From NCBI GenBank assembly GCA_035498405.1, contig DATKAE010000027.1, positions 64,154 through 128,153 on the forward strand: a stretch of 64,000 nucleotides of DNA. The letters run 5' to 3'. The DNA comes from Thermoanaerobaculia bacterium (GTDB taxonomy: Bacteria > Acidobacteriota > Thermoanaerobaculia > UBA5066 > Gp7-AA6). The position numbers were made by a program, and so were the translations under genes. A model generated the notes under the pieces. The model saw nothing but the letters and a program-made list of their open reading frames with translations. It did not search any database and had not been told where the DNA came from. Positions 15,881 to 26,008 of this stretch are shown in pieces. Numbering within the stretch: position 1 is the stretch's first letter; each line of letters opens with the position of its first letter.

Positions 15881-18540
15881 CGCTCTCTGCGGGAACGAGG
15901 CTCGGCCCTTACGAGCTCCTTTCTCCCCTCGGTGCCGGGGGCATGGGAGAGGTGTATCGGGCGAAGGACCCGCGGCTGGGAAGAGAGGTGGCCATCAAGG
16001 TTCTGCCTGCGTCTTTCTCGCAGGATGCCGACCGCCTGCGCCGCTTCGAGCAGGAGGCCAAGGCGGCGGGGGTTCTCAACCACCCGAACATCACCGCGGT
16101 CTACGACATCGGCACCCACGACGGCGCACCGTACGTCGTTCAGGAACTCCTCGAAGGAGAAACTCTTCGTTCGGAGCTCGCCGCCGGCCGGTTTTCCTCC
16201 CGCAAGGCAACCGAGTATGCCCTCCAGATCGCGCAAGGCCTGGGCGCGGCGCACGACAAGGGGATTGTCCATCGAGACCTGAAGCCCGAAAACCTCTTCG
16301 TCACCAACGACGGACGAGTCAAGATCCTCGACTTCGGACTGGCGAAGTTGACGGAGCCCGAACGGAGCAGCCAGGCGACGAATCTCCCGACGGCAGCGGC
16401 CGCTACCGAGCCGGGTGTCGTGATGGGCACTCTCGGGTACATGTCCCCCGAGCAGGTCAAGGGCAAGCCGGCCGACGCACGATCGGACATCTTCGCCTTC
16501 GGTGCCGTCTTCCACGAAATGCTCTCGGGCAAGCGCGCCTTTCACGGCGAATCGGCCGGCGAAACGATGGCGTCGATCCTCAAGGAGGAGCCGGCGGACC
16601 TTTCGCTGACCAACCAAAACGTCTCCCCCGGCCTCGAGCGCATCGTTCGCCACTGCCTCGAGAAGAACCCGGAGCGAAGGTTCCAATCCGCGAGCGACAT
16701 CGCGTTCGCCCTCCAGACTCTCTCGGAGGCGTCCGGGAGCGTCGTCGCCGGTGCACGGGTGTCTCCAATCCGCCGAATCCCTGGCGCTTTCCTTTGGGGC
16801 GCGGCCGGGCTCCTCGCCGGGGTATTCGCCGCAACGCTCCTTCCGATCGGACGCCGAGCTGCCCCTGACTCGTCGGAAGGACGACCGATTCGCTTCGAGG
16901 TCGCTGCGCCGCCGGACCAACGCGCCGTCGGGACCCTCGCTCTCTCCCCGGACGGCAGCCGGCTGGCCTTCGCGATGCGTGAGCCGGGCGGCGCGACCAT
17001 GCTCTGGACCCGGGCGCTCGCGGATCCGAAGGCGGAGAAGCTGCCGGGAACCGAAGGTGCCGAGCTCCCGTTCTGGTCGCCCGATGGCCGTTCCCTGGGC
17101 TTCTTCGCCAGTGGAGAGCTCAAACGAATCTCGATTTCGGGGGGCCCTCCTCAGCCGATTGCTCCCGTGACCGCCGACGTCCGAGGCGCCTCCTGGGGAG
17201 CAGATGACCAAATCCTGTTCGCCCCGGCGTTCTCCGGGCCTCTTCAGCAGGTTTCCGCGACGGGCGGGAAGATCACGCCGGCCACGATCCTGAACAAGCG
17301 GCGAAACGAGGGTACGCATCGCTGGCCATGGTTTCTGCCGGACGGACGGCACTTCCTCTACTACTCCGCCTCCGACACCGGCGAGGAACCCGGCGACGTC
17401 TACTTGGGGCGGCTCGGTTCGAGCGACGTCAAGCGCCTCACGGCGTCGAGCTCGCTCCCCGTCTATGCGTCCCCCGGATACCTCGTGTTCGTCCGCGGCA
17501 GCACTCTGGTCGCGCAGCCCTTCGACGCCGGCCGGCAGGAGATTCGCGGGGAACCGACGCCCCTGGGCGTGGACCTTCCCTCCAATTCGTCGACCAGCGG
17601 GCTGCGAGCTCTCTCGGCGTCTCTGGACGGCACGCTCGCCTGGCGCACGCAGGCGGGAGCGACGAGCCAGCCGGTGTTGCTCGATCGACAGGGACACGAG
17701 ATCGGCAGGCTCGCGGAGGCGGGGGAGTGGTATCTGGCCCGCCTCTCGCCGGACGGGCAGCGTCTGGCAACGGCGCGCTCGAGTGCCGCGAACACGTCGG
17801 GCGACATCTGGACGATCGACATTGCGAGGAATATCGCGACGCGCATGACGCTCGACCCGGGCGACGACAACAACCCGATCTGGTCCCCCGACGGAACCCG
17901 CTTGGCCTTCACCTCTTCGCGCAAGGGAGCCGCGGGAGACCTCTACGTCATGCGCGCCGACCAGCCGGGCAGCGAGGAGCTTCTTCTCGCGAGCGACGGT
18001 GCCAAGACGCCCAACTCCTGGTCGCCGGACGGCCGCTCGCTGATCTTCGAGGTCAGCACTCCGCAGAGCCGACAGGACCTGTGGCTCCTTTCCCTCGACG
18101 GAGACCGAAAGCCCCTGCCGTTTCTGGCCACCCCTTTCGCCGAGCGGAACGCCCGCTTCTCTCCCGACGGCCGCTGGGTGGCCTACACGTCGGATGTGTC
18201 GGGCGCGCCGGAGATCTACGTCCGTCCGTTCCGAGAATCCGGAGGAACCTGGAGGGTCTCCAACCGCGGCGGCCAGACGCCGACCTGGAGGGGCGACGGC
18301 CGCGAGATCTATTACCTCTCCCCCGACAACATGCTCATGGCGGCGCCCGTCACCAGCACGGCGCCCTTTCAGACGGCACCTCCCGTGCCGCTCTTCCAGC
18401 TCGCCGTTTCGGAAAACCTCGATCCTCAGTACGACGTCTTCTCGGACGGCAAGCGGTTCATCGTCAACCAGCAGATCTCGTCGAAGGAAGAGCCGATCAA
18501 CGTGCTCGTCAACTGGACCGCGACACTCAAGAAGCCATGA
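15877..18540 (+). CDS. Ser/Thr protein kinase with TM segment and C-terminal PD40/TolB-like beta-propeller (paralog)
   Basis: The kinase domain is identical to 13098-15668 at most positions by eye, but the C-terminal propeller is divergent. All catalytic motifs are present. Confidence 0.9.
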   Translation: MTLSAGTRLGPYELLSPLGAGGMGEVYRAKDPRLGREVAIKVLPASFSQDADRLRRFEQEAKAAGVLNHPNITAVYDIGTHDGAPYVVQELLEGETLRSELAAGRFSSRKATEYALQIAQGLGAAHDKGIVHRDLKPENLFVTNDGRVKILDFGLAKLTEPERSSQATNLPTAAAATEPGVVMGTLGYMSPEQVKGKPADARSDIFAFGAVFHEMLSGKRAFHGESAGETMASILKEEPADLSLTNQNVSPGLERIVRHCLEKNPERRFQSASDIAFALQTLSEASGSVVAGARVSPIRRIPGAFLWGAAGLLAGVFAATLLPIGRRAAPDSSEGRPIRFEVAAPPDQRAVGTLALSPDGSRLAFAMREPGGATMLWTRALADPKAEKLPGTEGAELPFWSPDGRSLGFFASGELKRISISGGPPQPIAPVTADVRGASWGADDQILFAPAFSGPLQQVSATGGKITPATILNKRRNEGTHRWPWFLPDGRHFLYYSASDTGEEPGDVYLGRLGSSDVKRLTASSSLPVYASPGYLVFVRGSTLVAQPFDAGRQEIRGEPTPLGVDLPSNSSTSGLRALSASLDGTLAWRTQAGATSQPVLLDRQGHEIGRLAEAGEWYLARLSPDGQRLATARSSAANTSGDIWTIDIARNIATRMTLDPGDDNNPIWSPDGTRLAFTSSRKGAAGDLYVMRADQPGSEELLLASDGAKTPNSWSPDGRSLIFEVSTPQSRQDLWLLSLDGDRKPLPFLATPFAERNARFSPDGRWVAYTSDVSGAPEIYVRPFRESGGTWRVSNRGGQTPTWRGDGREIYYLSPDNMLMAAPVTSTAPFQTAPPVPLFQLAVSENLDPQYDVFSDGKRFIVNQQISSKEEPINVLVNWTATLKKP

Positions 18541-18572
18541 CGCTTCCCGCCGGCTCTCGCCGATCCCAGACT

Positions 18573-18590
18573 CATAAGTAATTACTTATG
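18573..18590. promoter_or_regulatory. 18-bp perfect AT-rich palindrome CATAAGTAATTACTTATG
   Basis: Perfect dyad in the 73-nt gap between the kinase and permease genes, 24 nt upstream of the permease ATG. It stands out against the GC-rich background. Confidence 0.35.
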
Positions 18591-18613
18591 CATTCAGCTC
18601 GAGGAGCGAGCGG

Positions 18614-20026
18614 ATGGCCCTAGAGCGCGCGCTCAAGACGCGCGACATCGTCCTCTTCAACGTCGCGGCGATCGTCGGCATGCGGTGGGTGGCGCTGGCG
18701 GCCGCGGCGGGACCCTCCTCGCTCTTTCTCTGGGTGCTCGCGGCGATCGTCTTCTTCATCCCGCAGGGCTTCGCCGTCACGGCGCTGTCCTCGGCCATTC
18801 CGGCGGAAGGCGGCCTCTACGTCTGGACGACGAAGGCCTTCGGCGAGCGGCAGGGGTTCCTGGCGGGCTGGCTCTACTGGGCCTCGAACATCACGTACTT
18901 CCCGACACTGACACTCTCGACGGTCGTGTTCGCCCTCTTCGTCTTCGGCACGCGCTTCGCCTCCCTCGAGCAGAGCCCTGTTTATGCCGGAGGAGCTTCG
19001 CTCGTGCTTCTGGCAATCGCGCTCTTCTTTAACATCGTCGGGCTGAAGACCGGCAAGTGGGTGCAGAACATCGGCGGGCTCGCCCAGTGGCTGCCGTCCG
19101 GGGCCCTGCTCCTGGTGGGAATCATCGCCCTCGTCCGGTCCGGCTCGGCGACGCCGATGCCCTTGCGGTCCATCGTTCCCGATTTCGCGCAGCTCCCGAC
19201 CGTTCTCTTCTTCGCCAATCTCTGTTTCGGGTTCGCCGGACTCGAGCTCGCTCCCACCATGGCGGACGAGTGCATCGATCCTTGCCGGACGTTTCCGCGC
19301 GCCATCACGATCTCGGGACTCTCGATCGCCGCCTGCTACCTGCTCGGCACGGTGTCGCTTCTCTGGGCGCTGCCCCACGGCGAGATCTCGATCATCTCGG
19401 GAGTCAACCAGGCGATCACGAAGGCCGGCGCTCAGCAGGGTCTTCCCTGGCTCGGACCGCCGGTCGCGCTTCTCATGACGCTCGCGGGCTTGGGCGGCAT
19501 CGGCGCCTGGCTCATCGCGACGGCGCGGCTGCTCTTCGTCGGCGGGCTCGACCGGTACCTCCCGCCGATCTTCGCGAGGACCCATCCGAAGTGGAAGACG
19601 CCCTGGTTCGCCATGGCGTTCCAGGCCGGCTTCTCCGCCATTTTCATCGTGGCCGCGACCCAGGGCGACACGGTCAAGGGCGCCTACTTGAAGCTCGTCA
19701 ACGCGACGCTCATCGTCTATTTCCTGCCTTACCTCTACATGTTCGCTTCGGCCATCCGCCTGCGCGCTGAAATCGCGCGGCAGCCCGAAGGGGTTCCGGT
19801 TCCCGGCGGAACGGCGGGCAGCTTCTTCTGGAACGGCTTGGGCTTTCTCACGACGGCCGTCGCGATCGTCCTCGCCCTGATCCCGCCGGCCGACACGGCG
19901 AACAAGAAGAGCTTCTTCGTCGAAGTCTTCACCGGATCCTTCGGTTTCCTCGCCGCCGGCCTCGTCCTCTACGCGATGGCGGAGCGTCGCCGCCGCCGAG
20001 CCGGCGGAGGCGCACCCTCGCCATAG
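18614..20026 (+). CDS. APC superfamily amino acid/polyamine permease
   Basis: GAGGAG RBS. 470 aa with about 12 hydrophobic segments. The N-terminus 'DIVLFNVAAIVGMRW' is typical of amino acid permeases. Confidence 0.85.
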   Translation: MALERALKTRDIVLFNVAAIVGMRWVALAAAAGPSSLFLWVLAAIVFFIPQGFAVTALSSAIPAEGGLYVWTTKAFGERQGFLAGWLYWASNITYFPTLTLSTVVFALFVFGTRFASLEQSPVYAGGASLVLLAIALFFNIVGLKTGKWVQNIGGLAQWLPSGALLLVGIIALVRSGSATPMPLRSIVPDFAQLPTVLFFANLCFGFAGLELAPTMADECIDPCRTFPRAITISGLSIAACYLLGTVSLLWALPHGEISIISGVNQAITKAGAQQGLPWLGPPVALLMTLAGLGGIGAWLIATARLLFVGGLDRYLPPIFARTHPKWKTPWFAMAFQAGFSAIFIVAATQGDTVKGAYLKLVNATLIVYFLPYLYMFASAIRLRAEIARQPEGVPVPGGTAGSFFWNGLGFLTTAVAIVLALIPPADTANKKSFFVEVFTGSFGFLAAGLVLYAMAERRRRRAGGGAPSP

Positions 20027-20048
20027 AATCCCATCGGGTTGAACGAGG

Positions 20049-21670
20049 ATGGGTCTTTCGCCGGGCACTCGTCTGGGACCCTACGAAATTCGCCGCTCGG
20101 CGCCGGAGCCATGGGAGAGGTCTATCGTCGCCTTCGCTTGCGAGGGGATCCGGCGGCGCCGGCCCATGGAGAAACAACGTCTGATGCTCTGCGCCGCCAC
20201 CGGCCGTCGGCTCGGCCGGATGCGCCCTCGACCGCCGGCCTGATCCCCTCGCCGGTCTACCGCGGCCGCGATCCCCGCCTCGGGCGGGAGGTCGCCATCA
20301 AGGTTCTTCCCGCCGCCCTCTCCGACGACCCCGGCCGCTTGAGGCGATTCGAACGCGAAGCGAAGGCCGTTTCCGCGCTCAACCACCCCAATATCCTCAC
20401 GATTCATGACATCGGAACCTCCGAAGGAAAGCCCTACGTCGTCACCGAGCTCCTCGAGGGCGAGACTCTGCGGGCGCGGCTCGCGGGCGGGCCGCTTCCC
20501 GCCGCTTGCGCGGTCGAGCTTGCGACCGAGCTCGCGCACGGCCTCGGCGCCGCGCACGAGAAAGGAATCGTCCATCGAGACATCAAGCCCGAGAACCTCT
20601 TCGCAACGGCGCAGGGACACCTCAAGGTCGAGCTCGTGCCCGCGAAGGACCAGCCCGGCGCGGGGGGCGGACGCGCGTCCGCGAAGGCCTACGAGCTCTA
20701 TCTCCAAGGCCGATTCCAACTCTCGCTCGACACGACCCTCTCGAGCGTCAACGCGGCGATCGAACGCTTCGAACAAGCCCTGGCGCTCGATCCGGACTTC
20801 GTCTTTGCGCAGCTCGGTTTAGCCGACGCCTTCGCTCGAATGGACTTCTCGATCGACCCGGAGGGAGGCTGGTTCGACCGCGCCGAGGCGATGTGCCGCC
20901 GCGCCCTGACGATCGCGCCGGAGCTGCCCGAGGGGCACTACCTGCGCGCCCGGCTGCTCTGGCACCCGCGCAGTGGCTGGGACGGGCCCGGCGCCGTGCG
21001 GGAGTTCTCGGCGGCGATCGCCGGACGCCCGAGCCTTAACGAAGCCCATCACTTCCGCGCCCAGGTCTTCAATCACCTGGGCCTGCTGGAAGAAGCCGTC
21101 GCCGGATTCGATCGAGCGCTGGCGATCGACCCCGGAGACGAGTACGCGCGGGTGCATCGGCCTCTGTCCCGCTATCTCCAGGGGCGATACGGGGAAGCTC
21201 TCGAGGCGATGCGGCCGCTTGCCTCGGCCAACCCCACCGCCTGGAGTCTCTACACGACCGCTCTCTGCCAGCTCCGTCTCTCCCGCATCGGCGACGCGGC
21301 GGCCACGATCGAGCGGCTCGCCCGCCAGTTTGCCGGCAACGTTCTGCTTTTCGCGGGTAAAGCGCTTCTTGCCGCCCTTCAGGGAGAGCCGGACCGGGCC
21401 CAGGAGCAGATCGCGCTCGTCGACCGCAACCGCAAACTCTACGGGCACTACCACCACGCGCAGTACGACGCGGGGTGCGCGGAGGCGCTGCTCGGGGACA
21501 AGAACGCCGCCATCGACTGGCTTACGGCCGCCGCCGAAAACGGCTTCCCGTGCGCGCCGGTGTTCTCGAGCGACCGATGGCTCGAGCCCCTGCGGGGCGA
21601 GCCTCGCTTCGTGAGCCTGCTCGCCGAGCTCCAGCGGAAAGGCGAGTTGTACCGAAGCCTCGTGCCCTGA
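20049..21670 (+). pseudogene. Degenerate Ser/Thr kinase N-lobe fused to TPR domain (frameshift, 45-codon insertion, C-lobe missing)
   Basis: ATG at 20049 gives '[14 protein letters not shown]'. The frame then shifts near 20090 to '[12 protein letters not shown]'. A 135-nt insertion follows, then VAIKVL and HRDIKPEN. No DFG, activation loop or C-lobe is present. A TPR-like region follows from '[10 protein letters not shown]'. Confidence 0.55.
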
Positions 21671-21698
21671 AGGGCTCCCCGATCGAGCCCGCGCCGTC

Positions 21699-24600
21699 TC
21701 AGCTCTCGACCGAGCGCAGAGCGACGGTGGCCGTCGCCGGTTCCTCCTCCGGCTCGCGCACCGGCTCAACCGGTGTGGGGGCCGGGCGGCTCTCGCCCTT
21801 CCGGCGGTGCAGGCGCTGCTGCAGCCGGTCCATGTAGACATAGAAGACCGGCGTGACGTACAGGGTCAAGAGTTGCGAGAAGAGGAGGCCGCCCACGACA
21901 GCGAGGCCGAGCGGGCGGCGCGACTCCGCGCCCGCGCCGAATCCCATGGCGATCGGCAGGGTGCCCATGAGCGCCGCCATCGTCGTCATCATGATTGGCC
22001 GGAAACGCACGAGACACGCCTCGTAGATGGCTCCCTCGGCGTCCTTTCCGCCGAGACGCTGCGCTTCGACGGCGAAGTCCACCATCATGATGCCGTTCTT
22101 CTTGACGAGGCCGACCAGCATGATGACGCCCACGAAGGCGTAGATCGAAAGCTCGACGTTGAACAGGAGCAGAGTCACGAGCGCTCCGAAGCCGGCAAAC
22201 GGCAGGGCCGACAGAATCGTCAGCGGGTGGATGAAGCTCTCGTAGAGGATTCCGAGAACCATGTAGATGACGACGATCGCCACGATCAGCAGAATGCCCA
22301 GGCCCTGAATCGAGCTCTGGAAAGCCTGAGCCGTCCCCTGGAAGCTCGTCTGAATGGTCGACGGCAGCGTCTGCCGCGCCGCCTTGTCGACCGCCGCGAC
22401 GGCGTCGCCCAGGGCCAGGCCCGGTTTCAAGTTGAAGGAGAGTGAAACCGACGGCAGCTGACCCGTGTGCGTGACGGCCAGCGGGCCCGTTCCCCGGGTG
22501 ATGTCCGCAACCGAGGAGATCGGCACCAGCTGCCCGGAGGCCGACCGGACGTAGAGGAGCTCGATCGCCGCCGGGTTGGCCTGAAACTCCGGAGCGAGCT
22601 CCATGATCACCTGATACTGGTTGTTCGGCGCGTAGATCGTCGAGATCTGGCGCGGCCCGTAGGCGGTGTAGAGGGCGTCCTCGATCGCCTGGGGATTGAC
22701 GCCGAGCGCGGCCGCGCGGTCGCGGTCGATGTGCACGTTGATCTGGGGATTGGAGAGCTGCAGGTCGCTCGTGACGTCCTGGAGGCCGCGAATGCCCTGC
22801 ATCTTCTCGAGCAGGAGCGGCGCGTACCGAAAGAGCTCGCTCGTGTCGGAGTCCTGCAGCGTGTATTGATACTGGCTCTTCGTGAGGCTTCCCCCGAGCC
22901 GGATCGGCGGCGGCACCTGCATGAAGGCGCGGATTCCCGGGATCTTCGCGATCTGGGGCCGCAGCTCCTGAACGATCTCCTCGGCGGATTTCTTGCGCTC
23001 CGAGCGAGGCTTCAATTGCGCGAAGACGATTCCCTGGTTGCCGAGGGCGATCGCGCCGCGTGGCCCGCAACTGGAGAGCAGGTTCGCTACGTCCGGGTGG
23101 CTCCGAACCACGGCGGCAACCGCCTGCTGCTTCTCCTTCATGGTGGGGAACCCGATGCCCTGCGCGCCTTCCGTGAACCCGAAGATCTGCCCCTGATCCT
23201 CCGTCGGCAGGAACCCCTTCGGGATCTTGACGAAGAGCCACCCCGTCGCCACGAGGACGAGGCCAGAGAAGACCATCGTGGCCCGCTTGCGCCCGAGCAC
23301 CCACCGCAAGGTCCGGTCGTAGAACCGCAGCATGCCTCCGAGGAACCTCTCGGAAACCTCGTAGAACCGGCCATGCCGGACCTTTTCGTCATGGCGCAGG
23401 AAACGGCTGCACAGCATCGGCGTCAGCGAGAGGGCGACGAAGCCCGACACCAGAATCGCCGCGCCGATCGTCACCGCGAACTCGTGAAAGAGCCGTCCGA
23501 TGATGCCGCCCATGAAGAGCACCGGGATGAAGACCGCCGCCAGCGACATCGTCATGGAAAGAATCGTGAAGCCGATCTCGCGCGAACCGCTGAGCGCCGC
23601 CTCGTACACGCTCTCCCCCAGCTCCATGTGGCGCACGATGTTCTCGAGCATGACGATCGCGTCGTCCACGACGAACCCGACCGAGAGCGTCAGGGCCATC
23701 AGCGAGAGGTTGTCGAGGCTGTAGCCGAGCAGGTACATCACCGCGAACGTGCCGACGATCGAGAGCGGAAGCGCCAGGCTCGGAATGACGGTCGCCGAGA
23801 GATTGCGCAGGAAGAGGAAGATCACGAGCACGACGAGGCAGAGCGTCAACACCAGCGTGAACCTCACGTCGTCGACGCTCGCGCGGATCGACACGGATCG
23901 GTCGTACAGGATGTGCAGCGAGGCGGCTGCCGGGAGCTGCTTCTGGAAGGTGGGCAGCAGCTGCCGCACCGCGCCCGCCACCGCGACCGTGTTGGTTCCC
24001 GGCTGCTTGAAGACCGCCAACGAGATCGACCGCTCCACGTTGTACCAGGCCGCCGTCTTGTCGTTCTCCACGGAGTCGATCACCTGGCCCAGATCCGCGA
24101 GCCGCACGGGCGAGCCGTCGCGGTAGGTCACGATGACCGGCCGATACGCGGCCGCCTCGGTGAGCTGCCCGCTCGCCTGCACGGTGAAGGCGGTCATCGG
24201 GCCAAAGAGGACGCCCGTGGGCAGATTCACGTTGGCCTTCTGCACCGCGGCGTTGACCTCGTCGATACCGATGCCGCGGCTGGCGAGCTGGCGAGGATCG
24301 AGCTGCACGCGCACGGCGAACTTCTGCGGCCCGTAAACCTGCACCTGCGCGACACCGGAGACCGTCGAGATCCGCTGCGCCATCATGGTTTCGCCGTATT
24401 CGTCCAGCTGCGAGAGCGGCAGCGTCGCGGAGGTCAGCGTCAGGTAGATGACCGGCTGATCCGCCGGGTTGACCTTCTGGTACGTCGGGGGGCTCGGCAT
24501 GTTGGGGGGCAGTTGCTTCGCCGAGGCCGCGATCGCCGACTGAACGTCCTGCGCCGCGCCGTCCAGGCTGCGGCTCAGATTGAACTGCAGGGTGATCGCG

Positions 24601-24866
24601 GTCGAGCCCTGCACCGAAGTCGAGTTCATGTTGTCGAGCCCCGCGATCGTCGTGAACTGCCGCTCGAGAGGCGTCGCCACGGAGGAGGCCATCGTCTCCG
24701 GGGAGGCGCCGGGCAGCGACGCCGCGACCTGGATCGTCGGAAAATCGACGTTCGGCAGGTCGGACACGGGGAGCGCCCGGTATCCCATGATCCCGAAGAT
24801 CAGGATGCCGACCATGACCAGGGTCGTCGTGACCGGACGCCGGATGAAGATCTCGGAGATGTTCAC
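21699..24866 (-). CDS. Efflux RND transporter permease subunit (AcrB/MexB-like)
   Basis: GTG start gives 'VNISEIFIRRPV'. About 1055 aa, with 12-TM and large-loop architecture evident. GTGA overlaps the MFP stop. Confidence 0.9.
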   Translation of the reverse strand: MNISEIFIRRPVTTTLVMVGILIFGIMGYRALPVSDLPNVDFPTIQVAASLPGASPETMASSVATPLERQFTTIAGLDNMNSTSVQGSTAITLQFNLSRSLDGAAQDVQSAIAASAKQLPPNMPSPPTYQKVNPADQPVIYLTLTSATLPLSQLDEYGETMMAQRISTVSGVAQVQVYGPQKFAVRVQLDPRQLASRGIGIDEVNAAVQKANVNLPTGVLFGPMTAFTVQASGQLTEAAAYRPVIVTYRDGSPVRLADLGQVIDSVENDKTAAWYNVERSISLAVFKQPGTNTVAVAGAVRQLLPTFQKQLPAAASLHILYDRSVSIRASVDDVRFTLVLTLCLVVLVIFLFLRNLSATVIPSLALPLSIVGTFAVMYLLGYSLDNLSLMALTLSVGFVVDDAIVMLENIVRHMELGESVYEAALSGSREIGFTILSMTMSLAAVFIPVLFMGGIIGRLFHEFAVTIGAAILVSGFVALSLTPMLCSRFLRHDEKVRHGRFYEVSERFLGGMLRFYDRTLRWVLGRKRATMVFSGLVLVATGWLFVKIPKGFLPTEDQGQIFGFTEGAQGIGFPTMKEKQQAVAAVVRSHPDVANLLSSCGPRGAIALGNQGIVFAQLKPRSERKKSAEEIVQELRPQIAKIPGIRAFMQVPPPIRLGGSLTKSQYQYTLQDSDTSELFRYAPLLLEKMQGIRGLQDVTSDLQLSNPQINVHIDRDRAAALGVNPQAIEDALYTAYGPRQISTIYAPNNQYQVIMELAPEFQANPAAIELLYVRSASGQLVPISSVADITRGTGPLAVTHTGQLPSVSLSFNLKPGLALGDAVAAVDKAARQTLPSTIQTSFQGTAQAFQSSIQGLGILLIVAIVVIYMVLGILYESFIHPLTILSALPFAGFGALVTLLLFNVELSIYAFVGVIMLVGLVKKNGIMMVDFAVEAQRLGGKDAEGAIYEACLVRFRPIMMTTMAALMGTLPIAMGFGAGAESRRPLGLAVVGGLLFSQLLTLYVTPVFYVYMDRLQQRLHRRKGESRPAPTPVEPVREPEEEPATATVALRSVES

Positions 24867-26008
24867 GAAGAGCTCCCCTCGGAAGGCTTGATCTCGACCG
24901 TTGCGCCCGGAGAGAGGCGCAGCTGACCGTCCGTGACGACCCGTTCCCCGGCCTGCAGACCCTTGGCGACCACGGAGAGTGTTCCCCGCGTGCGGGCCAC
25001 CTCGACGGGCCGGGCCTCGACGGTCAGATCGGGTTTGACGACGAAGACGAAGGAGCCCTTCTGCCCCGACTGCACCGCCTGCGACGGAACCACGATGGCG
25101 TCCGCGTCGGTCGAAAGCACCAGGCTGACCATCACGAACTGGCCGGGCCAGAGCGTTTGTTTCGGGTTGGCGAAGGTCGCCTTCAATTCGATCGTGCCCG
25201 TCGTCGCGTTGACGGCGTTGTCCAGAAACGAGAGTTCGCCGATCTCCTGATGAGTCGGGTCGTCCGAGGGCGCCGCGCTCACCTCGAGCGGCCGGCCGCC
25301 CGCGATGTGCTGCTTGATTCGCGCGAGCGAGGTCTCCGGCACGGCGAACTTGACGTAGACAGGCTGAACCTGGTTGATCACCACGAGCGGCTTGTCGTCG
25401 TTGGCCTTCACGACGTTTCCGGCGTGGAGCAGGAAGCTGCCCGCCCGGCCGGAGATCGGGGCCGCGATCGTGCAGTAGGAAAGATCGAGCTCGGCGGTTT
25501 GGACGGCCGCCTCGTCGGCCTTCACGGTCGCGCGGGCCGCCGACGCATCCGAATCCGCCTGGTCGGCCTGCGACCGCGTCACGTAATCCTTCGCCACCAG
25601 CTCCGCATACCGGCGCTGGTCCTGCTCCGCCTTCGTCGCCCGCGCCCGGTCGCGGTCGAGGTTCGCGCGCGCCTGAGCGAGCGCCGCCTCGTAGGGGCGC
25701 CGGTCGATCACGAAGAGCACGTCTCCCATGTGGACATCCTGCCCCTCCCGGAAGTCGACTCGGGTCAGCTGCCCGCCGACACGCGCCGTCACGGCCACCG
25801 TCCGATAGGGCTGAACGTTGCCGATCGCCGAGACTTCCAGGGGAACGGCCTGGCGGGCAACGGTGCCGACCGTGACGGGAACCGTTTCGCGGGCCGGCCC
25901 GGCGCGTTTCTGCCCGCCGCAAGACGCCGCCACAACCGCGCCGAGAGCGGCGACCGCAAACGCGAGAAGGCCTCCGGGGCCAATACGCGCGGGGGCTGCC
26001 GCCGTCAT
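24863..26008 (-). CDS. Efflux RND periplasmic adaptor (MFP) subunit
   Basis: Lipoprotein-like signal 'VAASCGG'. Shows HlyD/AcrA-type lipoyl, coiled-coil and beta-barrel pattern. 4-nt overlaps on both sides. Confidence 0.9.
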   Translation of the reverse strand: MTAAAPARIGPGGLLAFAVAALGAVVAASCGGQKRAGPARETVPVTVGTVARQAVPLEVSAIGNVQPYRTVAVTARVGGQLTRVDFREGQDVHMGDVLFVIDRRPYEAALAQARANLDRDRARATKAEQDQRRYAELVAKDYVTRSQADQADSDASAARATVKADEAAVQTAELDLSYCTIAAPISGRAGSFLLHAGNVVKANDDKPLVVINQVQPVYVKFAVPETSLARIKQHIAGGRPLEVSAAPSDDPTHQEIGELSFLDNAVNATTGTIELKATFANPKQTLWPGQFVMVSLVLSTDADAIVVPSQAVQSGQKGSFVFVVKPDLTVEARPVEVARTRGTLSVVAKGLQAGERVVTDGQLRLSPGATVEIKPSEGSSS

